From contig CBDETK010000008.1 in NCBI GenBank assembly GCA_965242865.1, forward strand, positions 64,001-128,000: a stretch of 64,000 bases of DNA, written 5' to 3'. The position numbers and the translations under genes are program-made. The notes under the pieces were generated by a model. That model saw only the letters and a program-made list of their open reading frames with translations. It was not told where the DNA came from and made no database searches. Shown here in pieces: positions 63,312-64,000 of the stretch; position 1 is the first letter of the stretch; each line of letters opens with the position of its first letter. Source of the stretch: Candidatus Latescibacterota bacterium. Lineage in GTDB: Bacteria; Latescibacterota; UBA2968; UBA8231.

Positions 63312-64000
63312 ATGAAACCCACAATCGCCTGCCAGGCGTTAGTCGCGTTGGCTGTCGTTGCGACCGCCTCGGTCGCGCAGGCGCAGGCAGTCAACATGAG
63401 CACCGCGATTCAAGGCGGGATACCGAGCGGTTCCCAGTCTCCAGCCGCGGGGCGCATGCTGGACCTAACGGACCTGCAGCAGCTGGCCATGGAACACAAC
63501 CCCACGCTGCCGCAGGCCCGGCTCCATGTCGAAGCGGAGCGCTCCCGCGCCAAGCAGGCCGGGCTGTGGCTCAATCCCACCGTAGGAGTCATTTCCGAGC
63601 CCTTGCCCTTCGCGCTGATCGAAGGGGAATTCACCGGGTTCACACTCGAGCAGACGGTCGTCACTGGAGGCAAGCTCGGTCTGAGCAGACAGAAGTATCA
63701 CACCCGCGCCGACACGGCCCAACACTTGCTGGAAATGCAGCAGATGCGGGTGCGTACGGACGTGCGCACCAAGTACTACGAACTGCTGGCCAAGGCCATG
63801 GCGCTGGAAGCCCGCAAGGCGTTGCTTCGCAATGCGGAGGACCACCGTGCGACGGTCACGGAATTGGTCAACCTCGGCCAAGCCGACCCGGGCGACCTGA
63901 GCGAGTCGACCGCCCGTCTGGAACTCGCCAGGCTGGATTACCAAATGACCTTGAATCACTACCGGGCGACATCGGAAGAACTGGGAGCCACGATCGGCGT
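63312..64000 (+). CDS. TolC/CzcC-like outer-membrane efflux protein, partial (runs off the window end)
   Basis: AGGGG RBS; signal peptide; AMEHNPTL, QAGLWLNP, GGKL and DVRTKYYELL motifs; absent from the ORF track because it has no stop. Confidence 0.85.
   Translation, partial: MKPTIACQALVALAVVATASVAQAQAVNMSTAIQGGIPSGSQSPAAGRMLDLTDLQQLAMEHNPTLPQARLHVEAERSRAKQAGLWLNPTVGVISEPLPFALIEGEFTGFTLEQTVVTGGKLGLSRQKYHTRADTAQHLLEMQQMRVRTDVRTKYYELLAKAMALEARKALLRNAEDHRATVTELVNLGQADPGDLSESTARLELARLDYQMTLNHYRATSEELGATIG

Noticed and set aside
63465-63959. Minus-strand 164-aa ORF at the window end
   Set aside because: Antisense shadow of the TolC-like gene on the + strand.

Overview
GC-rich bacterial chromosomal window. 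The Oar-type TonB receptor, CRTAC1/FG-GAP/TPR proteins, Tat-exported sulfatases and Tes-like radical SAM enzyme suggest Acidobacteriota, probably Bryobacterales-like (inference). Housekeeping genes (plsX-rpmF-DUF177, queG, purA, tRNA-Arg) alternate with single, often lower-GC defence or toxin-antitoxin-type genes: a C5 MTase tail, Fic, three AAA/ABC ATPases, a type IIG-like R-M fusion, ImmA/IrrE, Panacea and GmrSD-like. Several look orphaned or decaying, and there are IS remnants. The best candidate for an undescribed system is the 43.5-58.1 kb envelope locus: CRTAC1 protein, heptaheme cytochrome c-TPR, TonB-dependent receptor, TPR proteins and a ~1275-aa FG-GAP/ASPIC/thioredoxin/TPR protein. 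That protein's frame runs through an in-frame UGA (54819-54821) followed by a SECIS-like hairpin, so it may be a selenoprotein. Other highlights are a tetraether-synthase-like radical SAM gene, a giant TbpB-like surface protein with homopolymer tracts, an IS-end hybrid promoter, a doubly disrupted candidate ART-toxin pair, tRNA-Arg(UCG) and recurrent leaderless-type promoters. All family calls come from motif recognition by eye; no database search was run.
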